Below, one piece after another: positions 1 to 11,879 of a stretch of DNA of 64,000 nucleotides. The DNA comes from Basidiobolus meristosporus CBS 931.73 (taxonomy: Eukaryota; Fungi; Basidiobolomycota): assembly GCA_002104905.1 (NCBI GenBank), contig MCFE01000099.1:108545-172544 (forward strand). Direction: 5' to 3'. The translations under genes were made by a program, and so were the position numbers. Position 1 is the stretch's first letter, and every line of letters starts with the position of its first letter. The notes under the pieces are model-generated. The model did no database searches, was not told the origin of the DNA, and worked only from the letters and a program-made list of their open reading frames with translations.

Positions 1-520
1 ATTGTACAAATGAAGAATATGAAGCAGACTTTTGGCCAGAGGATACACTCAAACAATAGGACCTGACCATACTGAGACCTTTGCACAGGCAGCCAAGGCT
101 AACTTCATCAGACTAATATTGGCTATTGCAGTCAAATATAAGTTTTTTGTACATCAAGTGGATGAAAAAGCTGCATTTTTCAATGGAGAGCTTGATGTGA
201 ATAGGTGTATCAACAAGCCTGATGGGTTTGGGGCATGAGATAACCCCCATTTGGTATGCAAGCTTAAAAGCTCTCTATATAGACTTGAATAATCACTAAC
301 AGCCTGAAATAGCAAGATAGATTCTTATTGGAATTTGTTGAGTTTCAAAAGGAATAATACTGACTATAGTACATGCTATAAGCCAGATTATGTAAGTCTG
401 GTTCTATTAGGTCTATATGGAGATGGTCTTATTAGAATAACCAATAATCTAAAAACAAAGGAAGAGATTAAATCCAACCTATCTGAAAGACTTGTTCTGC
501 TGGATAGTGCCATATAGTAC
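1..520 (+). mobile_element. Degenerate Ty1/copia reverse transcriptase fragment
   Basis: ORFs 32..238 and 335..517 read ETFAQAAK..FIRLILAIA..HQVDEKAAFFNGEL and LLGLYGDGLI, collinear with the intact copia RT at 24087-25015; stops and frameshifts present. Confidence 0.85.
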
Positions 521-599
521 CAGCCTGTTTATAGTGCAAGATTGATCTGGCACTCTAATTTCTACCATCACGCCAGTGGCAGGACACAGTTACTGGTAT

Positions 600-1540
600 T
601 TTTACTCAGTCTTTCATAAGTTGCTCCAAACAGCGCTTCTCTTGCTTTATTTACACTTTACAATGCTCCATACAGATTTCTCCCAGTGGAAGTCTTCCTG
701 TATGATTAAACTTTGAGTTAATAAGTATCTTGTCTATTTTACCTATTCTGATACTCTCTTCTGTATATGATTTTCCTCTGTATTTACCTTCTAATATGCT
801 GAATCTCTTTAGATGTCCAAATATATGCTCTACACTCACTCTGAAATGATTAAATATCTTATTGTAGAAGTTTTTGCTTCCTGCTTAGCACACCATTGCT
901 TGGCTTCCCATGAGCTGTAATACATCCTCATCTCTAACAATCCTCTCCTATATAAGCTAAGTTGACCATACATTTCTCCCCTCTACTGAATTTGGGATGA
1001 TTCTCTACCCAGAGTGCTTGGTCATGCCTACCTCCAGTAAATGGCCTACTAAACCAGATGACATTATCCTCAATGTTGATTAGTGCTTGAAACTTCAAAC
1101 AGTGTGCCTAGTATTTGCCAGAATAAAAGTTCCTCTGCTCTCTAGAAGGTCTGTTAACTCTGATTGGGAAGGTATCCAAATACTCTTGATATGGAACCTG
1201 TTGCTGAACACTCTGGGATATGGAAGCCAATTGGAGCTTCCAAACCTAGTAATTAAGCTTGCTCTAAGTCATCCATACCTTCTGCAAGGTGGTTCTCTAT
1301 TGCTTTCAGCTGGGAATGAAAGCTTTTAGGACTTCTATTGCCGTGAATGATGGGATGACCCTTGTAAGGTAGTAGTTCTTGTAGTAGCATACATGCTTAA
1401 CAAGGGATCTACTTGAGTAGACTGGGGTAGGCGGTCCACAGTACTGTGGAGAGGTCTTGTCTAATGTGTCAAAAGGAAATCCAGTGGTAGTGATGGGATT
1501 GATGAGAAAAGACCAGTCAGATGAGTAAGTCATATCAAAT
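600..1540 (-). mobile_element. Degenerate PIF/Harbinger-ISL2EU (DDE_Tnp_4-like) transposase remnant
   Basis: Manual minus-strand translation gives IWFSRPFTGGRHD..LW..EKCMVNLAYIGE and (frameshifted) FYNKIFNHFRVSVEHIFGHLKRFSILEGKYRG, resembling the G-x-x-HD, D-x-GY and R-x-x-VE-x-x-FG-x-LK-x-F-x-IL motifs of this family. No terminal inverted repeats identified. Confidence 0.6.
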
Positions 1541-2939
1541 TGGTGTATGTTTCAATAGAGGTGTTATGAATTGATTTGGGACAATCAGCTTAATTTATCT
1601 GACTTTCCATGCATTACAATTAAGTTTCCGTTAATTGCCATCTATCCCATCATTATGTCACAAAAATCATCCTCAAACAATGACCTGGTCAATCTATTGA
1701 TGATTTCCTTCCAAGTCTATAGTCAAGTAGGAAATCTGCAATCAATGTGATCTGATCCATGTCAATGCAATCCAAGATGCATCATGCACAATATATGGAA
1801 GATTCAATAATTGCCTTAGTTTTCACATGTATTTCACATATGACCAGGTTGATGCCTGTATACAACTCTGTAAGTATCCAAACTGGTCACTATGGTGCCT
1901 ATACCAAGTCTTAACACATCTTTAGTGCAACCCAGACAAAACCCATCCCCCAGCTTACAATCATGGTCTGAAGCAGAAAATCATTGTCTGATCAGTTTGA
2001 GTTCTTGCCAAGTGATTTTTGTTTAGCCCAAGTGCCTATGATGAGCCTTCATACAGATATATGGGCACAACTCATTAATCTGGCAGAACTGGATACCTCA
2101 GAGAGTCCACAGAGATAGAAGAATCTGAGTAGAAAGCTGTGGCATGAGCTCTACATTAGGATGCCAGCCAATGTATGTAAAAAGATATATAACAAGACAA
2201 GCATTGGAATTAAGATTGAGCTTAAAATGAGGGGATTTGATGAGGAAGCCATGTGCGCACAATTCTGCAAGCAATTTGCACAGTATGGGGCAGATGCACC
2301 TGTTTGTGCCTCAACTGTGGGAACCAAAGAGATTTTGAATTAGTTCTTGCCTCAAACAACTAATGTACTATGTAATATAATAGTAGAGCTAGGGGCTTCC
2401 AGGAGTAATACACACAGTGCTCATCAAGGCAGTAGTTTCCAGGTATTAAGCAGAGGGTAAGTGAGTACCTTGAGGAATCAGGAGGTTACCATTGAGAGGA
2501 AGAATACAGACTGCAAGCAACTGTATCTAAATTGTGTCAGCATTCCATGCTGGATTTTTTACCATTTGCTGCAACATTGGCACACCAGCACATGTCAGTC
2601 CAATGTATTCTAACCCCCCTCACAAGAGTGCCCTGCATCAAGTCAACATACATCAGATCAGCATGTGCTCTTCAGAGCAAAATTATTGGAACTCACCAAA
2701 CTGCACATTTAGACACAAGTTCATTGGAGAGGGCCAAGTTGTGTCAATATGTAGCATCACAGCAAACTCAGCCAAGGGCTATACCAATGCATCAAGTTGT
2801 GCCTACATGTGCTAGTACACCTTAACTTCAGCAAGTTACTTCTGGTGAACTGACTGACTGTGACCCACATGAAGTGACTCCACTACTGGAGCCTTTGGCA
2901 AGTAAAACAACAATCAGTGTGTAGCACTTCAGGCTGGTT

Positions 2940-4335
2940 CTGTTATATTGTCTGGAGCAATACAGCATGGCCAAGCTCCAGCATGCCACTCATCAACTAG
3001 GAGGCAAAATACTGACTACAAGTACACAAGTATCCAAGAAGACAGTCAACAAGGAAGTAGTTCAGGTGTGCAAATTGAATCACTACTAAATGCTTCAGTA
3101 ATAATCCCTGTAAGAAAAAAATTTAGGATAAGGTGGTGCAATGACATTGAAATGTTAAAATTTGTCATGATCCAAATAATGCATATTTGTTGCAATCCAA
3201 ATCAAGCCATTGCATACCTGTGATCACTAAATTTCTGTTATGCTTAATATCAAGGTGTTATACATTTGAGATAGAGCCCCTATAATAAGCACTCTGCATA
3301 TGTATACATCATCTGTTGCACCAGTGCAGCTATTTGATCTGATTTGCACCAACATAATTGGTTGCATTGTGGTAGGGTAAACATACCTCCCACAGACAAG
3401 TTTATTCATATAGCTTTTATGAAGCACTTGTTCATATCATATCTTATCAATATTATCCCATTCTTCTTTTGCCCTTATTATCAGTATTATCCCCATATGA
3501 TGTTTACCATAATTAGTTATCAGCATTAGTTATCCCAGATGTTATTCAGCTTTGTGATCAGTATATTTATGCACAGTAGGCAGGTACCCACGTCAATACC
3601 CATGAGATATGACTTAAGTCTGTGTTAACATCCCTTCCATTTCAATACCATGTATGGTATCTCTATGTTTCACAGGTTTCAGGCTATTGATTCCTGTTTG
3701 TTGATGTGCTGTACCTTTTAGAACCTTCCAGGACCTTCTTGGAGTATTTTTAGCTCAAATTGATGTCATCAAGGATTCCACTGATGTCTGGAACTCTCCA
3801 GAACCTTGTCATTAGTAATCACTTGGCAATCAGGAAAAGTATTTTAGAGAAGTCAATTCCTGATCAATAAATTGTCCCTACTATCAGTAACACTTCTCCC
3901 TTATTGATTGGCAGTTGATCACTGCACCTGCCTTCAACATTTACATCTCAGACTTGCCATTCACAATGTTATCAGGGTAGTGCACAAGGCACACAGAGGC
4001 CTTTGGAGACACTTGGAGTGCCTAGGAAGCCAGAGAAGCAGGTGCTTTTACCATAGTGACATATTGACAAAGACACTAGCAGTCAAGGCCCAAAGGGTAA
4101 AGCATGCATCAGATACCTCACACACCATGTGCTGTGTACCTTACAAGTTGGGGTAATCATTCATGCCAACTCCATTGTGTCAGATTGTGCCATAGTGTGC
4201 CAGATTGTCCTGCATAGTGCAAAATTTTCTAAGAGTAATTTTGCCTTCTGGTAGCAACAATACCATGCCAAGTTGTTGTTTGCAACTGCAGATTGCATCA
4301 TGCACTCTGGCACAGTACAATGGAACAAGTCCAAA
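2940..4335. repeat. Copy 1 of a duplicated, unidentified segment (blocks about 2940-3350 and 4150-4335), CpG-eroded
   Basis: ORFs 2948..3223 and 4161..4352 are paralogous to 8288..8524 and 9029..9262, in the same order and orientation. Confidence 0.8.
3560..3940 (+). repeat. Diverged fragment related to the gypsy LTR at 10683-11742
   Basis: Shares blocks such as aggca(g/a)g(t/g)acc..catga..ccat(g/a)tatggtatc..cacaggtttcag and tagtaatcactt with 10900-11200 and 13640-13990. Confidence 0.65.
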
Positions 4336-5480
4336 GAGTCCAAGATGTCCAACCAAGGAGAACTCAGTTACTACTTAGGAGTAAAATTTGCCATAAACAG
4401 AAGTGTGCTCAAGTTAGATTGTGTCTCAGGGCCTAATACTCCCCAGTTAATGCAGATCTCCATAATTTGACTGATGGCTATTTGGGGCCTCTTTTACAGT
4501 CTGCGGTTTATATACATGGACCAAATAGGCATAGGCAAAGTTTGTACCCTCATTGATATGGTAATTTGGGCTAAGTCTTGTCCAGTTGGACCTCATTATA
4601 TGTGCTACTGGAATAGTCAGTTCTGTATATTCCTGGGCACTGGTTCAGGCAGAACCATGGTTGTAGGGTCCTCAGGACTGAAAATGCTTTCATTTATTGC
4701 TCTGATTCCATTGTGACTAATGGTGGATTTGATATCAGATTTTGCCCTCATCTGATTTCATTTTTGTGCAAACTTTGAGTTTGCATCAGGCAATACATCT
4801 CTGGACTTGATCAGCTTCTTTGGTTTAATGTTGATGAGTCTGTTTGCCTTACCCTCATTGCAGTAGCCCAAAATATGCATTTTTCACTTTTGGCTCAAAC
4901 TTTGACTGATTTCCTGCCAGTTTCTTGGCATATGCTGTGCACGCAGGTATTCTTAGATGTTCTACACTTGGTATGTATCTAAACCATGCTTCAGATGGAG
5001 TAGATTCACAAAGAATTCTGTTATAACTCCAACTATTGATGTTTACAGCTATAGCATATTGTCTTGTTTTTTTCACCACTTTCTCTCCCCACTATAGCTT
5101 TAAACTCCCTGAACTTGGACAGAGCTTCTTCCTTTCTCTACATCAAGTTACCCCATATGTATCTTGTAGAATCACTAATAAAAGTGAATAAATACTTCAT
5201 CCTACCTTAGGATGAATTTGGCATAGGTTCACACAGATCTGAGCAAATTAGATCTAGTTTTTCAATAGTTTTGATTAACCCAGAGCTCTTGAGCAGTTGT
5301 CTGGCTGGTTTCTTATATATGCAGGCCTCACAGTGCTCCAATCTAGCTGGGGGATCAATTTTTACTTCAGGAACTAGCTGTTCTTACATCATTTTGTGCA
5401 AATACGTCAAGATCCCATTTAGGGACTGTCATAATAACTGTAGCTTGAAATTAGTGACCCTCCTGAAAATCTTATAACAA
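4335..5480 (-). mobile_element. Rearranged, degenerate copia integrase/RT fragments
   Basis: ORF 4855..5079 (SYNRILCESTPSEAW..HLRIPACTAYAKKLAGNQSKFEPK) matches the copia integrase at 23098-24003; a short plus-strand RT piece sits at about 4335-4400. Confidence 0.85.
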
Positions 5481-6350
5481 GATCATGACGGTGTTTTGCA
5501 AATTTTACAGCCAAATAAAGGGATAGAATTTGATAATTTTTGACTGGTGCTGTGACAATATTTGCATGGTATTGTTGCGGTCTTTTAGTGCTCTATTACT
5601 ATTTTAAATGGATCCAGTTGGCCAGTACTTCCAATTGGCTTATATGGCAAGAAACTTGACAGTATTTTGATGGCCTCACTGCAAGACTCTGATGGCTTTT
5701 TCTTGGCAGTATGATGGCCTGCTGCTGGTTGTGTATAATGCTACTGTACCAATTTACCAAATGGTATTTCCTTTTTCTACCTCCCCTTGTGCACTTCATA
5801 TATTCCACTGTAGAATCATCTTTCTTTATTTGCTTACCAACTACTACCTTGGGTATTCCACATATAGTTTGAATCAAAAAAAACTATGGCCTCCTGCATA
5901 CTAACCACTACAATTGCTGACACCTGCCACAATTGACATACTTCTATCACCTCAACTTTAGGGCTTTTTAGTGTGATACTTGCAAAGTTGCCATATATGT
6001 TGTACTGCTGGTAGCATATACATCTTGTGAACATATGCTTCATTGTTGCCACTTCTGCCATGAATACCTCCTGAATATTGGCAAAGAGCTTCTTGGTATT
6101 TAGCCAATATATTCCTTCTACCTGCTGGATTCTAGTCCCCCTTTTAGGTGCCCTCTGGCTTTTATTTGTGTGAATTCCATATTGAATGGTGTAGAAGTTG
6201 GCTTATGACCACAAGAAATCCGGCATATCTTGGTGGAGTCTTCCTGATAAAAATTAGTTGCTTGTTGCACCCAACCCAACTTTGCATTACTTAACTGATT
6301 ACCCATGCATTGGGGCTGCTTAGCTTCTTAATTCCATAGGCATAGGTGTC

Positions 6351-7557
6351 TGTGGTAATGGAAAGTATTCCATTACTACAATATCTCTAAAACAATATTG
6401 CACTCATTTCTTTATTTTGCTTTTTTGCTATTGTAACACACAAGTGAAAGATCAAGAATTTCCAACTTTGAAGAATAAATGCTCCAGACCCTGGCAAGCA
6501 ATCCACCCAAGAATATTATATCATACAGAACACATAGTATCCAACACATGTTTCAAATTACAGCTCACTTGAAGCAGTACTTAAGGAGTTATGACCAAAA
6601 GAGTCCAATTATTATATATACTATGCCTTATTGCTAGGATTACTATGGTGACTTTGATTGCGTGTAACTTTTGAACCAGCCAATAAAATCACGTGAAACT
6701 TCCACAGGTTCTGCGCCTATGTCCGATCTGCCCACTGCAAAATTTTAGCTCTTTATCACGTGTATTGCTTGCGCAATTGCCCAAAAACTTTGATCCTTCA
6801 AAATTTTCATAGATATGACTTCCCCAGCTGAAAAATAAAGGGAGAGCCTCTCTTTCCAGAATCTCCACACTACAATTACAAGCTTAAAGGTTATAAGACT
6901 TCCCCTGCACCACTTGCACTGTTGAGTATTCTGACTTTGATCAGTACTACATCAGTAAAGAGACTGCAAATCTCACAAGAATCCAATCTAAGTTCTACAA
7001 GAAACTACCACTTTTCTGTTGGAAAAGTCCCCTCTAAGAAACCCCTTTACTCTAAAGACACCCCTTTAGTCTAAAGACCCCTTTAAGAAGCCCCTTTACT
7101 CTAAAGAAGCCCCTTTCGGCACCCCTTTAGTGTAAAGTCCACTTTAGAGACCACTACAAGAAGCCCCTTTATTCTAAAGACACCCCTTTAGGTCTAAAGA
7201 CCCCTTTAGAGACTTCTACAACACACCCCTTTAGGTTAAAGGGCAGTTCAGAATTTCCATATTAGTAAATATTTTCTCAGAAAGGAAAGCAACTTCCAAA
7301 TAAGGAAAAGTTACTATAAAAGTAAATAAGCCCATTAGTCAACAGAAGGCCAGAACACTGCTGTAGAAGTGATAAACACTGCCTACAGTATATTTTGAGC
7401 CTAAGATTGAGGAAATTAGTGAAAGTTATATCTTCTATTGGTATATCAAACTCCCAATAAACTATTTCAGTATTAGCATACTAGAAGTTGTTGTATATTG
7501 TTGATTAGCCTCTACATTGTAGAACAAGCCCCAAACTAATCATAATACAACACAACA
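6351..7557. mobile_element. 1207-bp solo-LTR-like insertion
   Basis: Begins TGTGGT, ends ACAACA and is flanked by a 4-bp TSD TGTC (6347-6350, 7558-7561). Removing it restores the CACTA sequence seen uninterrupted near 17425 (catggagacacctatg). Confidence 0.75.
7025..7245. repeat. Degenerate tandem repeat built on a CCCCTTTA / CTAAAGA motif
   Basis: About a dozen ccccttt motifs at roughly 15-25 bp spacing inside the insertion above. Confidence 0.85.
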
Positions 7558-8284
7558 TGTCTCCATGTTAATATTGTCCTCAGTATATTCCAACTCTTTC
7601 TGGCTGTCCTCCTTGTGCCAACTCATCACATCCTTGGCAGACTTGAAGGTAATATTCTTGAGGAGATTGGGATATGGTAGTACCTGCAACTTAACTTGTC
7701 TTCCTATCTCCCCCCACATCCACTCCATAGAAAACTCCCAAAAGGTGAGGCAAGGCCCAATATTCCCCACACACCGTGCAAGATGGAGTAGAGAATGGAT
7801 ACAGTAGTGGCAGAGATCTACATGCTCAACTTTATGTTTGTAGTATAGCTGCTCAAATCCCATCACAAACTCCTCACACAACAGCTGTAGATGTGTCAAG
7901 TTGGCATTGGTGATCCGCTTCTGGATAAATATTCCTACAATGTCCACATATGACTCCCAATTCTTCCAATGTACTCTTGGTAGGAATGGCTTCAGAACAC
8001 CACTTGAATAAATACATATCCAGTTCATCCAGTCTTTGCATTTGTATTGTTGCATAGGCATATGAATATTAATTGGAGCCTGTGAGAAGTATTTAGGGTA
8101 GCAGATACTCTGTAATATCTTTCCAATTTTTTCAAATTTCTCTGGTATCTCAAAGGACTCATTTAGCTTGAAATGCTCCATGTACAACTTGGTCATCAGT
8201 ATATGGATAATGTTGAAAAGCAAATGCATTGCTCCCAGTGGAAAGCTTTTGCTCTAACAGATACCCCCTATAAATAATAGTAAA

Positions 8285-9260
8285 TAAATGCGTCAGCGCG
8301 TGGCACTACAGGCCGGTTCAGTTGGTTCAGTTGGTTCAGTCGGAGCGATTCAGCGCGGCCAAGCTGCAGCATTGCACTCATCAACTAGGAGGCAAAATAC
8401 TGACTACAAATACACAAGTAGCCAAGATGATAGTCAGCCAGGAAGTAGTATAGGTGTGCAAAGTGAGTCACTACCAAATGCTTCAGTAGTAATCCCTGTG
8501 AGAAAAAAACCCAGGAGAAGATGATGCGATTGCTTTGAATCGCTCACATTTGTAATGATCCCAACAACCCTTTTTTTTGCGATCCGAATTGAGCCATTGC
8601 AAATCAGTGATCATCAAATTTTTGATATAAGTAATATCAAGGTCGTCTCATATTTGAGACAGAACCCCTATAAATAAACACCCTGCATATATATACGTCA
8701 TCTGTAATACCAGTGCAGCTATTGGATCTGTTTCGCACCTACACAATTGCTTGCGTGCTAGCTATGACACCTTGCCCAATCACTAGGATCAGGGATTTAC
8801 TTGCTCAATGGGCAAAATGGGATATTTGATGGCAAATCAGGTAGCTTTTTCAGTAGTCAATGAGCCAATTGGGGGCTGCCAGCTTCAGGATACTTTTGGA
8901 CCAATTAACCACTGAGATACCGTCCAATTGGAGTGAGGGTAACCAAAATGGTAAGTATCAGTGTAGTTTATAGTGTGATACACATTTATTTCCATTTACA
9001 TTAAAGAAACATATCCAAATACCGGGTTTTACCTGCCATTATAGCGGTATCCAATCGCGCACGTGATGCAAGCATTACAAGTTGGCGCGATCATCCGCGC
9101 CAACCTCATCGTGTCAGATTGTGGCATAGTGTGCAAGATTGTCCCGCATGGTGCGAAATCGTCCAAGAACAATCCTGCCTTCTGGTAGCTATAATATCGC
9201 ACCCAATCGTTCTTTGCAACCGCGGATTGCGCCGCGCGCCCTGGCACGGTACGATGGAAC
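8285..9260. repeat. Copy 2 of the duplicated unidentified segment, CpG-retaining
   Basis: Paralog of 2940-4335 that keeps CG where copy 1 has TG or CA; includes a short (GGTTCAGTT)x3 repeat at about 8314-8340. Confidence 0.8.
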
Positions 9261-10682
9261 AAGTCTACTGCTTTCTCTACCTGGGATATTGATTACTCTA
9301 TACCTTTTGACTGCTCATCCTGTTTCTGGGCTATATCCTGATTTCTCTGTGCCATTGCACCTATCCAATCATCTACTGCACCTAATTGCCTCATTAATGC
9401 TTTGGTGTGAGCCCACAAAATACTTGCTAATATATGTAGTGGTGATGTTATGACTACCACTTGCACCTCTTTAACTGAATATACTGCTTTTGCTACATTC
9501 TCATCTGCCTCAGCAATATGTATAGCTTGCAGCTCTACAGAGATTTCCATTACCTACTTGACTGAGAGCCTGAGGAGTTGGCATTATTCCCTTCTGTGGG
9601 CACACTGTCCGCAGGGCCTTTTTTGGTTGTTGCCTCACTTGTAGCACTGAATGTAAAGCAAGCTGTTGTCTAACTGTTCTTTGGCTGCTGTCAGTGGTGG
9701 GGTTTGGGTAACCAGACAACTTTTCTTAACTTTTTGGTGGCATACATTTGAAAGTGAGTCAAACCAAATGGGAAATAGTGCTGAATATATATGTGTATGT
9801 GGTGCCACAACTTTATTTATAATGCTTACTATGTTAGGTCATCATTGAATCTTACACTCATATAGGTTCAATGTCTAAGATACAAGACTGTCTTAAATTC
9901 ATATGAGTATTGACAAAAAAGTAGTATAATAGTGTTGCATTGTTGAGTGTCAAGCTGTTTGCCCCATGGACAAGATTACTCTGATTCAATGCTGTAAGAG
10001 AAGAGAAAAAAGACCAAATGGCTATTCTAGCAAGCCTCTCAGCAATGAAGCACACAGAGAGTATAGAAGGTATCACAAGGATTGCAACCAGTGTTTTGCC
10101 ACACAAGTCATATTTGACCATTCACCAGTCACTACTCTACCAATAAATTCTTGCCTGCCACTTGATACTTCTATAACAGCATCTGGCTGTACTTGTTACC
10201 TTGCGCAAACTGAGTCAGGAGAGTTTGTGGAACCTTTAGACTCAACCCAGCCTTCTGAATATGATATGCAGAGTGATAGCTCTGAAGAAGCAGCCTCACT
10301 GATGCATTGTGAGTCTATCTTCCCTAACAACAGTACCCTGCATGAGCTTGGCAAAATCCTATCATGCAATGAGCCAACACCCATAGAAAAAAATGCTAAG
10401 GATACATTATAAGATCAGATGAGCCCAGTAATACATCTACTGGTGGATGATGTGATGTTGTGGCTAGAGAAGGGGCGCATTTCCACTAATATCAGTAATG
10501 GGGGCTATGCGGATTTTCTACTACTGCTTGCCAAAATCATCCTGCAATGCAACTTACCATGTATATAGTTTAAATGAAGAACTATCATGCAGCTGGCAAC
10601 ATATGACCCAGTTACCATCCTGATACCAGCATGTGTTAAAAGTTTCACGGCATTCAAATTAGAAAATGACACCATTGTATAG

Positions 10683-11742
10683 TGTAGTGGGGTCATAGTG
10701 ACACCCAAAGACAAATGTGTACATTCCCATATTTCCTACTTCCATATTTATCTACTAATTTTATTTTAGTTTTATCCCATTTGTCTTTCCTAATCAGTAC
10801 TTTCCCATAAGCTGGTTGATTATCACACCTGCTTACCTTATTGCATAAGTTATCCCCTACTTTATGTAATATTACTAGCAATAAGTGTTTCTATATTAGG
10901 CAAGGACCCGTGCCACTACCCACAAAACATGATCAACCTGTGTCACCATTCCTACCATTTCCATACCAAATATGGTATCCCTAAGTTACACAGGTTTCAG
11001 AGTACTGATTACTGATTGATTGGATGTGCTGCGCCTCTTAGTACCTGCCAGCACCTACTTAGAACATTCTTAGGTCAATCTGATGTCATTAAGATTTCTA
11101 TCAATATCTGGAACCTTCTGGAATACAATGTTTAGTAATCACTTAGCCAGTAAGAAAAGTATATAAGGGAGGCTATCCCATAACAATAAATCATCATCCC
11201 TTTCATCAAAATACCAACTTGTTGATTAGTGTGATCACTGCTACCTGAACTTTGAACTGTATACCACAGGGCACTCCCAGGAAACCACGCTGACAGCCAA
11301 CTGACCTTGGAGGCACTACTTGTGAGGAATACTCAGAGTAGGTATCTTTTATGATATTTGATTCTTTCCCAAGTTTGTTCTTCTACAGGCAAAGATACTT
11401 TTCTGTCTTTGTAACTATTCGCCACAGCTGCATTCTTATCAAGTCCCTGCTGGTGGAGTTTACAGTTGTTTTGACTTTGGAAGCTTTAGTACATTGTCAT
11501 CTCAAAGGATGCTGAACCCAGCATATACTTTTGTTAGGATGCCAACTAAGTTGGGGATTGTAGCTCAATAATTTTCCCTTGACAAGCTTGTGGCTTTATT
11601 CCCCATCACATTAGATTAGAGACAGAACCCAAGTATTCCTAGCAAGCTTTTGCCAGAGGTTATTGCACCCAGCAAACACCCTACGCACAACACACCTGAG
11701 AAATGTTGGACATATCTCTCCCTTGGACTTATACACCACCAC
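10683..11742 (+). repeat. 5' LTR of a Ty3/gypsy element
   Basis: TG...CA termini, about 1.06 kb, homologous along its length to 13428-14539; followed immediately by a primer-binding site (PBS). Confidence 0.85.
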
Positions 11743-11747
11743 ATATT

Positions 11748-11765
11748 TGGCACCTAACATGGGGG
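11748..11765 (+). promoter_or_regulatory. Primer-binding site, tRNA-Lys(CUU) type, eroded
   Basis: TGGCACCTAACATGGGG versus the Lys1,2-type PBS TGGCGCCCAACGTGGGG; the differences are transitions, two of them at CpG. Confidence 0.7.
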
Positions 11766-11879
11766 GGGCTCATACAAGCTCCCTAGGACCCAACAAGATT
11801 TACCTGCACATTTGAGCCATTATCCACTTATTGAAAAGTGACTACCAATATTATCAAGATTACAACACCAATCTACCTA

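Larger units (their letters stand above)
5480..8275 (-). mobile_element. CACTA/En-Spm transposase remnant (minus-strand copy), interrupted at 6351-7557
   Basis: ORF 7540..8229 carries HSLLHLARCV..IGPCLTFWEFSME..GEI..QVK....YPNL, typical of the CACTA Tnp2 C-terminal region. 5600-6350 is collinear with the plus-strand copy at 17400-17733 and 26575-27130. Confidence 0.75.

Noticed and set aside
7152-7162. CACTACAAGAA matching the maize En/Spm terminal repeat
   Set aside because: It lies inside the repeat array of a TSD-bounded solo LTR, not at a CACTA end, and has no partner inverted repeat.
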